The translations under genes and the position numbers were made by a program. Positions 37,625-47,656 of a DNA stretch of 64,000 nt are shown in pieces. The stretch spans positions 32,001-96,000 of the forward strand of contig BTVJ01000001.1 in NCBI GenBank assembly GCA_045863395.1, read 5' to 3'. Each line of letters starts with the position of its first letter. Within the stretch, counting starts at the first letter, position 1. Origin of the DNA: Myxococcales bacterium (lineage in GTDB: Bacteria; Myxococcota_A; UBA9042; JABWCM01; BTVJ01). The notes beneath the pieces were generated by a model. The model saw nothing but the letters and a program-made list of their open reading frames with translations. It did no database searches and was not told where the DNA came from.

Positions 37625-39009
37625 TGGCTTGCAGGCGCCTGCCGTGGCTCGTGGCGGCCTTGATCGGGGGGTGCGCGGGCGGGAGCGATCCCGCTCCACA
37701 TGAGGACGCCGCGCCCACCACATCGACGGACACGGAGTCGCCGGGCGCCGATGCATCGAGCCAAGACACCGGGGCTGTTCCCGCCTCCCTCCCGCCGGAG
37801 GATCCGACAGCCACGACGGGAACGCCCGTGCTGCTGGGCGACTCGGTGATCCTTGCCACCCAGGATGGGGTGTCCGAGCCGGGCGCGCAGCTCGGCTTTG
37901 GGGGTGCCTCGGTGATCGAGGCCCTCGCAGCCGCGGACTCCGAGGGCGCCTCGCTGTTCGCCGTGGTGCGCGACGGGCAGCGGGGCCGGCTGCGGGGGCT
38001 CACGCTCGATGGGCTCGCCTGGGAGCTCCCGGCGGCCGACACGGTGCGGCGCCCCGGGGTCCACGGGGACCGGCTGCTGGTGGTGTCCCGCGACGGAGAG
38101 GCGTGGCGGGCCGAGTGGGTGGATCGCTTGTCGGGGGCCGTCCTGGCGACGCACCCGTTCACGCAGGGGCCGGTGACCGCCCCTGCGCGGCTCCGCAGCG
38201 CGTCGACCGACTGGCTCGTGGGTGCCGGGCACCGCCTGGTAGTGCTCCGAGCGACGGAGGGAGGCGTCGCGAGCCTCGGGTCCATCGCAGAGACCGACAC
38301 GGAGCTGGCCCGGGTGACCTCGGTGGTGACGTCAGGGGGGTGGGTCGTCGCCGCCACGGGGTGGCTCGACGAGGCGCAGGACCCCGGGCTCGGTGACGCG
38401 CTGTCGTTTCACGGCATCGGCGGCGCCGACGACGCGCCGGAGCCCTTCTTCATCGCCCACCCCGCGCCCGCGCCGGGGCCCATCCTGGCGCCCCCGGTGC
38501 TCGCCATGGTCGATGTGTGCCAGGGCGGGTGCAGCAAGAAGGCCGTGGTGTCGAGCGGCGGCAGCCACTGGTTCGGCGGGTGGGACGCCGAGTCGGGCAA
38601 GGTCCTGTGGCTCCGCGATGACCTGCCCGAGCGGGTGACGAGCCTGTCGCTCGGCGGCGGGCGCATCTACTCGGGAGGCAGCCACTGGCACCCGGGCGAC
38701 GCTCCGCCGAAGCCCGGCTACACGCTGCGGGGCTGGACGGTGGTGCCGCCGGAGTCGGGTGGCTGGAGCATCGTGGAGCACCTGGGCGTCCAGGGCGCGC
38801 CCGACGCGCTGATCGTCGGGGTCCCGAGCGCGCTGGTGCGCGCCGGCGCCGTGACCGTGGTCGCCCTGCCCTACGAGGGCCCGGCCCTGCTGAGCAACAT
38901 CGCAGACCCCCTGGCCTCTCCCCCGGCCTGCGGGTGGCCCCGGTCCTTCGGAGACGACCTGAACGCCGGCACGCACGTGACCTCGGACCCGACCTGCTTC
39001 GGTCCCTGA
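37621..39009 (+). CDS. Lipoprotein, probable PQQ-like beta-propeller
   Basis: Lipobox IGGC, WDAESGKVLW and a repeated SGGSHW motif. Overlaps the upstream stop (GTGA). Confidence 0.6.
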   Translation: MMACRRLPWLVAALIGGCAGGSDPAPHEDAAPTTSTDTESPGADASSQDTGAVPASLPPEDPTATTGTPVLLGDSVILATQDGVSEPGAQLGFGGASVIEALAAADSEGASLFAVVRDGQRGRLRGLTLDGLAWELPAADTVRRPGVHGDRLLVVSRDGEAWRAEWVDRLSGAVLATHPFTQGPVTAPARLRSASTDWLVGAGHRLVVLRATEGGVASLGSIAETDTELARVTSVVTSGGWVVAATGWLDEAQDPGLGDALSFHGIGGADDAPEPFFIAHPAPAPGPILAPPVLAMVDVCQGGCSKKAVVSSGGSHWFGGWDAESGKVLWLRDDLPERVTSLSLGGGRIYSGGSHWHPGDAPPKPGYTLRGWTVVPPESGGWSIVEHLGVQGAPDALIVGVPSALVRAGAVTVVALPYEGPALLSNIADPLASPPACGWPRSFGDDLNAGTHVTSDPTCFGP

Positions 39010-39043
39010 TCGCCCGCGTGACACGGGAGGCGCTGACCTCCGA

Positions 39044-40168
39044 TCACCGCCGCGCCATGCGCGCCTTGATCTCTGCCTGGGTCATGATCCCGTCGGGGTG
39101 GGCGACCGTCACGCGGTCCAGGTCTGCGAGATCCATGCCCCACTCCCGCAGCGCGGCGTCCATGTACGCCACGGTGAGCTGGTTCGGGCGGCTCGGCGCG
39201 CGCTGGCCCACGGCCCGCGCCTCGCGCTCCGCCAGGGTGAGGCGCGCGTCCGCCGCGCGGAGCTGGCGGATGCCGGCGATGGCGATCTGCTCCTGGAACC
39301 GCACCGCCAGAGGGCTCGCCGCGGCCACCAGGCGCTCGAAGGCGTCGCGGTGCAGCTCCAGCGCGATGACCTCGCCGGAGGTGCGCACCGTGGCCGAGCG
39401 CGGGCTGGAGTCGACGAGCGCCATCTGGCCGACCATGGCGCCGGCCTCCAGCACGCCGAGCAGCCGCTCCTGCTGGCCGACGGCCTTCAGTACGTGGACC
39501 TGCCCCCACGCCAGCACGAAACAGGACGCCCCGCGCGCGCCCTCGCGGCAGAGCACCTGGCCGTCGGGGAAGCGGCGGGGCGGCGCGACGGTGACGAGGG
39601 CCGACAGCTCCCGCTCGGCGTACCCCCGAAACGTCGGCAGCGCCCGCAGGTCCACGCCGCGGGGGGCCTCGGACACGGCGGGGGCCTGCGGCTCGGCGGC
39701 GTCGGCCCGCTGACCGAAGCCCTGCCACAGGCGGTCGATGAGGGCGTTGGTGTCGCGGATGCGCCGCGTGACCGTGTGGATGATCTCGCGGGTCATGCAC
39801 AGGGCCACCGCCGGGAGCGCCCGCTGCAGGGCGAGGAGCGTGCCGCGGTCGACCTCGACGACCACGGAGTCGCGGGTGGCGCGAACGCTGGCGGATCGGG
39901 GCGCCGGGTCGACGCAGGACATCTCGCCCACCACCTCGCCCGGACCGAGGGTCGCGACCGTGGCGCCGCCCTCCGTGGTCACCGCCAGGGAGCCGTCCAC
40001 GACAAGCGCCATGGAGTCGCCCGGCGCGCCCTGCCGAAACAGCGTCTCGCCCGCCTCGACCTTCCGCCCGCGCACCATGGTCGCGAGCTGCTCCAGGTCC
40101 TCCCCCCGCGCCCCGGCGAGCAGGCGCGAGCGACCGAGCACCTGGGCGATCTTTCGCGTATCCGCCAT
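39044..40168 (-). CDS. Tandem cyclic nucleotide-binding domain protein
   Basis: Two cNMP modules: LFRQGAPGD...GEMSCVDPAPRSASV and LCREGARG...GQMALVDSSPRSATV. Start ATG 40168 with GGAGG SD. Confidence 0.88.
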   Translation of the reverse strand: MADTRKIAQVLGRSRLLAGARGEDLEQLATMVRGRKVEAGETLFRQGAPGDSMALVVDGSLAVTTEGGATVATLGPGEVVGEMSCVDPAPRSASVRATRDSVVVEVDRGTLLALQRALPAVALCMTREIIHTVTRRIRDTNALIDRLWQGFGQRADAAEPQAPAVSEAPRGVDLRALPTFRGYAERELSALVTVAPPRRFPDGQVLCREGARGASCFVLAWGQVHVLKAVGQQERLLGVLEAGAMVGQMALVDSSPRSATVRTSGEVIALELHRDAFERLVAAASPLAVRFQEQIAIAGIRQLRAADARLTLAEREARAVGQRAPSRPNQLTVAYMDAALREWGMDLADLDRVTVAHPDGIMTQAEIKARMARR

Positions 40169-40291
40169 GTGACCCTCCTGATCGCGACAAGGAGGCACCA
40201 GACGGCGCACGGCGTCAAGGGAACTCCGGCGCCGAGACCCGATCTGGGCGCGAGAGCACGCGTGCGGTAGCCTGGGAGTGATGGAGGCACC

Positions 40292-41719
40292 ATGACCCCC
40301 CTGACCGACGCCGTCCGCCGCCAGTACGAGCGGTTCCCCTACCCCCCCGTTCCGGTGCTGGCGGCGCCCGCGCGCGGCCAGGGGGAGCGCCTGCGGTGGG
40401 AGACGGGCAGAGCGCTGGCTGCCACGGCGACCATGGACCACGGCCTGCCGGAGCGCCACGACGGCATGCGCATCCTGGTCGCGGGGGCCGGGACGCTGGA
40501 GGCGCTGGTCGTCGCGGGCGCCCACCCGCGCGCGAGGGAGGTGGTCGCGGTCGACCTGAGCGCCGCCTCCCTCCGCGCCCTTGGCCGGCGGGTCGCCCTC
40601 GCGCGGACGGCCAACGCGGTGCGCCTGGGGCCACTCCTGGGACGGCGCCTGCCGCCGGTGCGCCGCGTCTGCGCCGACCTGCACACCTGGTCTGGAGGCA
40701 CCTTCGACTTCATCCTGGCCAACAACGTGCTCCAGCACGTGCCGGACCCGGCCGCGCTGCTCGCCCGTCTGGCCGGTTGGCTCTCGCCCGGCGGCATGGT
40801 GCGGGTCGTAACCTACCCCTCCATGGGCCGCTGCTGGATCCGCTGGACCCGCCGGTGGCTGGAGCTGCATGGGGTGCGCGCGGAACCTGGAGCGCGGGGC
40901 AGGGCGGCTGCCGCAGCGATGGCGCTCCCGCCGGGACACCCGCTGCGGAGCTGCTGGGATGGCCACCTGGAGACGGGGACGGACGCGGGCGTGGTCGACG
41001 GGTTCCTTCACGCCCTGGAGCGCCCCCTGCCCCCGCTGGCGTGGGCGCAGGCCCTCAGTACCTGCGGCCTGCGCCTCGTCGCCGAGGCCAACGAGTCATC
41101 CGGTGAGGCGCTCGTGGAGCTGCTGCCAGAGACCGCCGCCCTGGGCCCCTGGGAGCGGATGCAGGTGCTCGACGACCTGCTGGAGACCTCCGACAACCAC
41201 GTCTGGTGGCTGCGGCACGGAGAGACGGAGGCGCCAGGGACCGCCGGCGACTCTCCCCCCCCCGGCAGCGCCACGGACCTGTCGCCAGAGACTCCCGTGG
41301 AGAGCGTCCTCACGTCGCCCACGTGGAGCCTCCCGTCTGCCATCTATGCCGAGCTTGGGGCGTCGCTCCGGCGAGCGGCGTCCCTGCTCCACGGGGCGGG
41401 CGTGACCCTGGACGAGGCGGTGGACACCCTGCGCCGCGAGGTTGGCCCCCACGTCCACGCACGAAGCGGCGCTGAGCTCGCCCGGCTGTCCATTGGCGAG
41501 CACGACCTGGCCGCCATTCTCGGGACCCCTCCACCCTGGGACGACTCCACCTGGGAGGCGGCCGCGGCTGCGGGCGTGACACACCTGATCCACGACGGCG
41601 CGCGGGTGCCCGGGCAGACCCTGGCAGAGCAAGCGGCGTGGCTCCACTGTCTCCACGGGGCCATGCGGTCCCGGATCCCGATTCAGGTGGCAATGACCGG
41701 GGGCGCTGGGAGTCCCTGA
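40292..41719 (+). CDS. Class I SAM-dependent methyltransferase
   Basis: VRRQYERFPYP, ILVAGAGT, VVAVDLS, FDFILANNVLQHVPDP and LSPGG. Confidence 0.82.
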   Translation: MTPLTDAVRRQYERFPYPPVPVLAAPARGQGERLRWETGRALAATATMDHGLPERHDGMRILVAGAGTLEALVVAGAHPRAREVVAVDLSAASLRALGRRVALARTANAVRLGPLLGRRLPPVRRVCADLHTWSGGTFDFILANNVLQHVPDPAALLARLAGWLSPGGMVRVVTYPSMGRCWIRWTRRWLELHGVRAEPGARGRAAAAAMALPPGHPLRSCWDGHLETGTDAGVVDGFLHALERPLPPLAWAQALSTCGLRLVAEANESSGEALVELLPETAALGPWERMQVLDDLLETSDNHVWWLRHGETEAPGTAGDSPPPGSATDLSPETPVESVLTSPTWSLPSAIYAELGASLRRAASLLHGAGVTLDEAVDTLRREVGPHVHARSGAELARLSIGEHDLAAILGTPPPWDDSTWEAAAAAGVTHLIHDGARVPGQTLAEQAAWLHCLHGAMRSRIPIQVAMTGGAGSP

Positions 41720-41727
41720 CCGGGTCG

Positions 41728-43770
41728 TCAAGGCCCCGGCGCGACGATGCTCTTGACGGAGACCCCCGCCGCATAGCCGTAGGACACGTACCGATCATAC
41801 CCGTACACCATCACGCCGATGGGCTGATCGGACACCAGGGAGTGGGCGCCGTCGCTCAGCCGGGAGCGCAGCAGCATGAAGTCTCCCTTCCCCACGGGCT
41901 GCGCGGCGCTCGTGTCCACCGTCGCGCCATCCGCGAGCAGGCTCGCCCCCGCAGGCAGGATCACGCTCACGTGGTCCTCCGCATACTTGTCGGGGGTCAG
42001 GAAGCGATAGTCCTTGCGAAACGCCGAGACAGGGGTGAGCAGCAGGAAGGAGGGGTCCCCCGTGGCGGCGTCGTAGCCGTACCCCGCAGCCTCGCACTGC
42101 TTCGGCCCCCCACAGGTCAGGAGACAATCGTGGTGGGACTTGCACTCCACGTCCGTCCCCTGGCAGACACCGGCTCCGCCCGCAGTGACGCAGGCCGAGT
42201 GGTTCGGGATCGGCGCGTCCTGGCTGGCCAGGAACTGGCCGACGACGACCGGCTTGTTCGCCACGATCTCGAACGACTGTTGGGACCCGAAGTCGAAGAG
42301 CTCCCCGCGCGCCAATGCTGGGATGCTGGCGACGGCGGGGAACGTCTCCACCGTGGTGCCGTCGTGCAGCGCCAGGATCCGCCAGTAGTCCGGCTCACCA
42401 TGACGGGGAGCGCTCCTGGGAGCGATATACCGCTTGTCGTAGGCTCCGACCGGGAAGAGCTGCTCCTCCAGGTGGTCACAGCAGCAGACGGACGGGCAGT
42501 CCGCGTCGCTGCCGCATGGCAGCGAGGTCTCATCGCACTTCCCCTGGAGACACCGGGTAACCGACGGGACTGACGCACACTCGTTGCCGCCAAACACGGC
42601 GACGGGCTTGTCGGAGGTGACGGTGGCCCCCGTCAGGTCGTCGCCCATCCCAAGAGTCTGCAACGTGAGCACGTCATACTGCTCCAGCTCGAACAGGCCC
42701 TCCTTGCCGGGAGACAGACCCGTGAACTTGCGCGCCCCTCCGGCACTCCCCGTAGTCTGACACCGAGTCTCAACGAGGACCTTCGTCGTCCCCTTCTGCG
42801 TCGCGACGATGGAGACGAACCCGCGATTCTGCTCCCCCTGGTGCTCGCGCGACATCACCAGATAGTCAGTCCCGAGCAGCGACACCGGCAGGAGCAGCGA
42901 CGCGTCGTTGGAGAACACGTCCACGTTGGAGAGCGGGTTGAACTGGTACGCGATGAGCGGCATGTCGCTCTCGATACGCCACGCGAGGGGCTCAAGGGCG
43001 GAGCCATCCACGTTCCGGGGAGGAAGATTGGCGACCTCGACCGCACCGGGCTTCACCTCCAGGGTGGTGAACTCCTCGTCCTGCGTCGAGATGCGGACCT
43101 TGGCGGGGATCGTCGCGCTGACGTTGCTCAGCACGACGGCGAAGGGGGCGTTGGCGGCGTCCTGCGTCGGGTCCGTCGGATCGAGGAAGTTGTCGAGGTC
43201 CACCGCCCAATACTCGCAGCCCACGTTCGAGGCGTCCTTGATGCTGACCGCGCACGGAGACACGCAGAGCCCGAGGTGGCAGACCGTCTTGGTGACGAGC
43301 GGATCGCAGTCACCGATGGGGACCATGCCCGACCCGTCGTCTGCACACCGCCCGACGGTGCTGTCATCGAGGCAGACCGTGGTCCCGGGGTGGCAGGAGA
43401 CGCAGCCGCCGTCACGGCAGACTCCTGGCTCGCAGGACTCCTGGTAGAATCCATCTCCCTCAGCGTTGCAGATCTTCCGGACGTTCGCCTCGCAGGTCGC
43501 CATGTCCGGAAGGCAGCCGCCCTCGCAGAACCCGTCCTTGCACGACGTCCCCGCGGGGCAGGGATACTCCTTCGCAGGCTCGCCGCCCCCCTGACACAGG
43601 AGCACGGTGTCTCCACTGCACGAGGTGGTCCCAGCGACGCAGGGCGGAGGGCCCGCGTCCACGACCGCGGGGGACGGATCGTCCGTGCTCGCGCAGCCGG
43701 CAGCAAGCAGGGCGCCGAGCACGGAGACCGCGAGGAGATGCGAAGCAAGGTCAGAGACACGCGCCGACAT
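41728..43770 (-). CDS. IgGFc-binding protein N-terminal-domain lipoprotein with Cys-rich repeats
   Basis: Lipobox AAGC, SNVGCEYWAVDLDN, AYQFNPL..FSNDASLLLP, DLTG, DHLEEQLFP, GDPS and YVSYGYAAG. Confidence 0.85.
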   Translation of the reverse strand: MSARVSDLASHLLAVSVLGALLAAGCASTDDPSPAVVDAGPPPCVAGTTSCSGDTVLLCQGGGEPAKEYPCPAGTSCKDGFCEGGCLPDMATCEANVRKICNAEGDGFYQESCEPGVCRDGGCVSCHPGTTVCLDDSTVGRCADDGSGMVPIGDCDPLVTKTVCHLGLCVSPCAVSIKDASNVGCEYWAVDLDNFLDPTDPTQDAANAPFAVVLSNVSATIPAKVRISTQDEEFTTLEVKPGAVEVANLPPRNVDGSALEPLAWRIESDMPLIAYQFNPLSNVDVFSNDASLLLPVSLLGTDYLVMSREHQGEQNRGFVSIVATQKGTTKVLVETRCQTTGSAGGARKFTGLSPGKEGLFELEQYDVLTLQTLGMGDDLTGATVTSDKPVAVFGGNECASVPSVTRCLQGKCDETSLPCGSDADCPSVCCCDHLEEQLFPVGAYDKRYIAPRSAPRHGEPDYWRILALHDGTTVETFPAVASIPALARGELFDFGSQQSFEIVANKPVVVGQFLASQDAPIPNHSACVTAGGAGVCQGTDVECKSHHDCLLTCGGPKQCEAAGYGYDAATGDPSFLLLTPVSAFRKDYRFLTPDKYAEDHVSVILPAGASLLADGATVDTSAAQPVGKGDFMLLRSRLSDGAHSLVSDQPIGVMVYGYDRYVSYGYAAGVSVKSIVAPGP

Positions 43771-44422
43771 GGTCCTCTCCTACGAGCTTGCTGCACGTGT
43801 CACCCGGGGGGCAGCCAGGGGCACCCAGCTTGCACGCCATGCGACAGAATCCGTCCACACAGAAGGAGTCGGCGCTGCACTCATCCTGGTTCGAGCACGA
43901 GCGGCCGATGGGGGTCTCGCCCCCTACCTTGCACACGCCATCGTAAGGGGCGAACTTCTTGGGGTCGGCGAGGGCCTGACAGATGGCGCCCGTTCCACAG
44001 AGCACGAGGCCGGTCTTGCACAAGGCGTGGCAGGTCCCAGCCGACGCCGTGGTGGCCACACATGCGGCCCCTTCGGCGCAGCGGTGCTCGGGATCGGTGC
44101 AGCCGGGCTCTCCGGGGTCGAGGACCTGCGTGCAGAGGCGATCCCCCGACTCCCACTCCACACAGACCCGCCCCCCGCTGCACGACGGGCTCCCGCCGCA
44201 CACGCAGGCGGGCTGGAAGTCCAGAAGCTCGCAGGACTCGCCGAGGCCGCAGCAGGTGCCGCCGCAGAGGTCGCACGCCGGGCTCGCCGGCACATCCGCG
44301 GGCGCGACCTCTCCCGCCCCGAGCGTGTCGAGTCCACCAGTAGCTGGCGCGTCCTGGCAACCCGCTACACCCGAGAGAGCTGCCAGCGTCGCCCACCAAA
44401 GCGCCCGAATGCACGAAGTCAT
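43751..44422 (-). CDS. Cys-rich lipoprotein
   Basis: MTSCIRALWWATLAALSGVAGC lipobox followed by Cys-rich modules. Overlaps the start of the next gene. Confidence 0.7.
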   Translation of the reverse strand: MTSCIRALWWATLAALSGVAGCQDAPATGGLDTLGAGEVAPADVPASPACDLCGGTCCGLGESCELLDFQPACVCGGSPSCSGGRVCVEWESGDRLCTQVLDPGEPGCTDPEHRCAEGAACVATTASAGTCHALCKTGLVLCGTGAICQALADPKKFAPYDGVCKVGGETPIGRSCSNQDECSADSFCVDGFCRMACKLGAPGCPPGDTCSKLVGEDHVGACL

Positions 44423-44529
44423 CGCGTGGCCCATCCTCGGCTTGGTTCCCTCCCCGGAGACACCACCTGGAGCGACACCGGGCACGGCTCGGGGGAAACA
44501 TCGCCCACGGCCGGCGAGCCGTCAATGGG

Positions 44530-45084
44530 TCAACTGAGCCAGGCGAGCACGCCGAAGGCGAGAAGCCCCAGCAGCGCCGAGGCGGCCGCCAGCTTGCGGT
44601 AGGGCCGGGCCATGACGGCGATGGCTCCCCCCGAGACGAAGAGCCCGACCAGGCCGAGGGCCCACACCGCGGCGAGGAACCGAAACGCCACGCCTCCCTT
44701 GGCCTTGTGGAGCTGCACGAAGTACCGGTGGGGGGACGCCTCCAGGATCTTCAGCGTGGCTCGGGTAGGGTCCGCGGTCGGGTGGATCTGGACGTCCCGC
44801 GAGCTCCCCGTCCACTCGAAGTACTGGGAGGTGCCGCCCTTGCGAAGTCCCGCTCCGCCCGTGGGCACATCGAGTCCCCGGGCCTTGAGCTCCGCCTCTG
44901 CGAGCGCCACCAGCGCCGAGAGCTCCACGGGCAGGGGATCCCCGAGGTCGAGGGTCACCTCCATCGCCTTGTGCTCCCCTTTGACGCCCCAGGTGTAGAG
45001 GCCGCCGGTGACGGCGTACATCAGGCCCATGGGCAACAGGAAGGCCGCCAGGATCGTGTGGATCTTCGTCAGTGTCACGCGCAC
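44530..45084 (-). CDS. PepSY-associated TM helix protein
   Basis: KIHTILAAFLLPMGLMYAVTGGLY and VQLHKAKGG plus C-terminal TM segments. The GTG start at 45084 is inferred from GAGGAG spacing. Confidence 0.72.
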   Translation of the reverse strand: MRVTLTKIHTILAAFLLPMGLMYAVTGGLYTWGVKGEHKAMEVTLDLGDPLPVELSALVALAEAELKARGLDVPTGGAGLRKGGTSQYFEWTGSSRDVQIHPTADPTRATLKILEASPHRYFVQLHKAKGGVAFRFLAAVWALGLVGLFVSGGAIAVMARPYRKLAAASALLGLLAFGVLAWLS

Positions 45085-45140
45085 GCTCGCCACTCCTCGG
45101 GACAGCCGCGACCGATGCTCGGGTCCCTCGCCCCGCGCGC

Positions 45141-46856
45141 TCAGGGGTCGACGTAGATCGGGTTGGCCTCCGCCCACCGGTAGGGCCGCGCCGCTGCCTC
45201 GTCGAGCGGCGCCATGGCCCCTGCCAGGTGGAGAGGCGTGATCCAGAGCTCGAGCTGGTAGCCGCCTGCGTCCGTCAAGGGCAGCGCTGTGACGGCGCCC
45301 CACTCGTCCGTCTCCCAGGCAGCGACGGGGGCCTGGTCGGGCAGGAGGCGCCAGAGAACGGTGTGCAGCTCCGCTCCCCCGACGTCCAGGTCGGCCCACC
45401 GGTTCTGCGCCCCGGGAATCGGAGCGGCCGGCAGGCGCACCCAGAGCACCGGCGCGTCTGCGAGGCTCACCCGACCGCCCACCTCCGTGGGCCCGGCGGC
45501 GGTCATCGCGACGACGTCGAGGCCCTCCGGCTCGCCGAACAAGTTCCACACGGTGATGTTCCGCCCCGCCAGGAGGGCCTCGGTCTCGGCGCCGGGAGAC
45601 ACGCCGGTCACCAGCAGCCGGTTGTGCAGCCAACCGAAGATGCGATCATAGGAGTCGAGGCGGTCGCCGTCCTCCATGATCACGGGCCCTCCCTTCTTCA
45701 GGGTCGCGACCAGGTTGGGGAACGCGGCCTCCAGCAGACCGCACAGGCTCTCGTACTCTCCGCCGGGATCACAGTACCCGCTGAGATCCACGTTCTCGTG
45801 GACGTCGTGGCCGACGACGCCCGCGATGGGGCGCTGCGCCGCTACGGCCCGCCACTTGGCCATCCCTGGCTCCGGGAACACGTCGAGCATGACCAACCCG
45901 ACCAGGTCCGGGTCTGGCCCCCCGGGGGCCGGGTCCACGAACGCCTCGAGCTCGAAGAGGCGCTCCGGCGCATCCGAGAGCACCGCGTTGAAGTTCGCGT
46001 GGAAGTTGTACATCTCCATGCCGTCGAGCGGCAGCGCCGCGATGGTCTCCGCCGAGAGCTCGTCCTCTTCGCTGTGGGCGATGAGGGCGACGCCCCCTGC
46101 CTGGTGGATGGCATCGACGACGGCGGCGCGCTGCTCCTCGGGCGTCTCGTCCTTCAGCGGCACCTTCTCGAGGGCCGCGGGGTCCAGGTGGCGCTGGAGG
46201 GCCACCGGCATGGTGTGCGTGCCCTCGAACCCGACCCGCAGCACGGCCGGGCGGGTCCCTGCCCCGTCGGGGCAGGCCAGCACGTTGGCGATGGGCGTCC
46301 CGTCGTCGCCGAGCACCAGCGCGTCGCCGGACTCCGGGTGCTCGTGGAGCAGCTCCACGAACGGGTAGTCGCTCATGTGCGCCGGGTGGTCCGTCAGCAG
46401 CATGAAGTCGAAGCCCGTCGCACAGACGGCCGCCCGGAGCCGGGCGACGCACGCGGCGTCCATCACGCCTCCCTCGATGCCGTGCCCATCGCACGCGTCG
46501 TGGCTGAACGCCGAGTGGACGTGGATGGCGGTGCGCGCGGCAACCAAGCCCCGCTCGGCGAGGAGCGGCGGAGCGGGGCCGAGGTCGACCGTGTCCGCGG
46601 CGTCAACGCCGTCAGCGCCGTCGCTCCCATCAGGGCCGCCGGCGCCGTCCACCGCTCCGGAGCCGTCTGCCGGTACCGTCCCGTCGCTCACCCCATCGGT
46701 CGCGACCTCGTCCGGGGTCGGGGTGTCGCCGGCCGGGGCCCCGGTGTCCGCGGACACCTCCGCTGCGTGCAGGTCTGTAGCCCCCACCGGGCCGCCGTTG
46801 GACCCGGCGCAAGCCGCCACCCCTCCCCACGCCACGACCACCCAGCCGAACTTCAT
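45141..46856 (-). CDS. PHP-fold metallohydrolase lipoprotein
   Basis: Lipobox VAAC, IHVHSAFSHD, LTDH, LIAHSE, GMEMYN and GHDVHEN. Confidence 0.78.
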   Translation of the reverse strand: MKFGWVVVAWGGVAACAGSNGGPVGATDLHAAEVSADTGAPAGDTPTPDEVATDGVSDGTVPADGSGAVDGAGGPDGSDGADGVDAADTVDLGPAPPLLAERGLVAARTAIHVHSAFSHDACDGHGIEGGVMDAACVARLRAAVCATGFDFMLLTDHPAHMSDYPFVELLHEHPESGDALVLGDDGTPIANVLACPDGAGTRPAVLRVGFEGTHTMPVALQRHLDPAALEKVPLKDETPEEQRAAVVDAIHQAGGVALIAHSEEDELSAETIAALPLDGMEMYNFHANFNAVLSDAPERLFELEAFVDPAPGGPDPDLVGLVMLDVFPEPGMAKWRAVAAQRPIAGVVGHDVHENVDLSGYCDPGGEYESLCGLLEAAFPNLVATLKKGGPVIMEDGDRLDSYDRIFGWLHNRLLVTGVSPGAETEALLAGRNITVWNLFGEPEGLDVVAMTAAGPTEVGGRVSLADAPVLWVRLPAAPIPGAQNRWADLDVGGAELHTVLWRLLPDQAPVAAWETDEWGAVTALPLTDAGGYQLELWITPLHLAGAMAPLDEAAARPYRWAEANPIYVDP

Positions 46857-47017
46857 GGTTCACCGCCATACGCAGGGTCGCCACTCTGCCACGGCGAGTG
46901 GAGGCGCGCAAACACGGGATCCCCACAGGTCGAGGCCGGCACGACGAGCTTCCGGGGAGCGACCACCTGTCGCGTCTCACCCAGGTGGTGTACCCTCCCG
47001 CGACGGAGGCCCAACCC

Positions 47018-47656
47018 GTGAACCGTCTGTTCCCGCTCGTCGCGCTCACCCTGCTGTCCGGCTGCCCGTCGCCGGCCATGAACCTCACCCGCGCCCGATC
47101 CGCCGGACCGGGCGCCATCGAGGTGCTGCCCTTCGTCGCGGTGGTCGCCGGAAAGGCGGAGCGGGCTGACCGGGAGGGCGTCATCGAGGGGTTCGGCCTG
47201 GACGGTGGCGTCGGGGCACGGTTCGGGCTCACGGAGTGGCTGGAGCTCGGACTCATGGCCAGCGCCGCCGAGGCCGGCTACGTCCGCTTCGACACCAAGC
47301 TGACCTTCGTCGACACCCCGGACTTCGCCATGGCGGTAGCCCCCGGCGTGGCGAGCCACATCCAGCTCTCGCTGGACGGGGACCCGGCCGTCGAGCTGCG
47401 CGCGCCGCTCCTCGTGGACGTGGAGCTGGGCCGAGGGATCGCCCTTGTGCTGGGTCCGTCCTACCTCGCCAACCTGTACGTGGCCCCGAACGGAGACACG
47501 ACGTGGGAGCACTGGGTGGGCGCGAGCATCGGCGTCGACATCCCCTTCGGCAAGGGCGTGCGCCTGCTGCCCGAGGTGTCCATGCCGTTCCCCCTGGACT
47601 CCCGGTGGGACGCCATCGCGGTCACCATCGCCTTCGCGCCGGTCATCGAGCTGTAG
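47018..47656 (+). CDS. Putative outer-membrane beta-barrel-like lipoprotein
   Basis: GTG start after GGAGG, lipobox LSGC and amphipathic strands (GARFGLTEWLELG, VRLLPEVS). Confidence 0.6.
   Translation: MNRLFPLVALTLLSGCPSPAMNLTRARSAGPGAIEVLPFVAVVAGKAERADREGVIEGFGLDGGVGARFGLTEWLELGLMASAAEAGYVRFDTKLTFVDTPDFAMAVAPGVASHIQLSLDGDPAVELRAPLLVDVELGRGIALVLGPSYLANLYVAPNGDTTWEHWVGASIGVDIPFGKGVRLLPEVSMPFPLDSRWDAIAVTIAFAPVIEL

Noticed and set aside
41256..41263. Other homopolymer runs (C run here, G run near 3583-3589) as phase-variation sites
   Set aside because: The reading frames are intact across them, and such runs are expected at this GC content.
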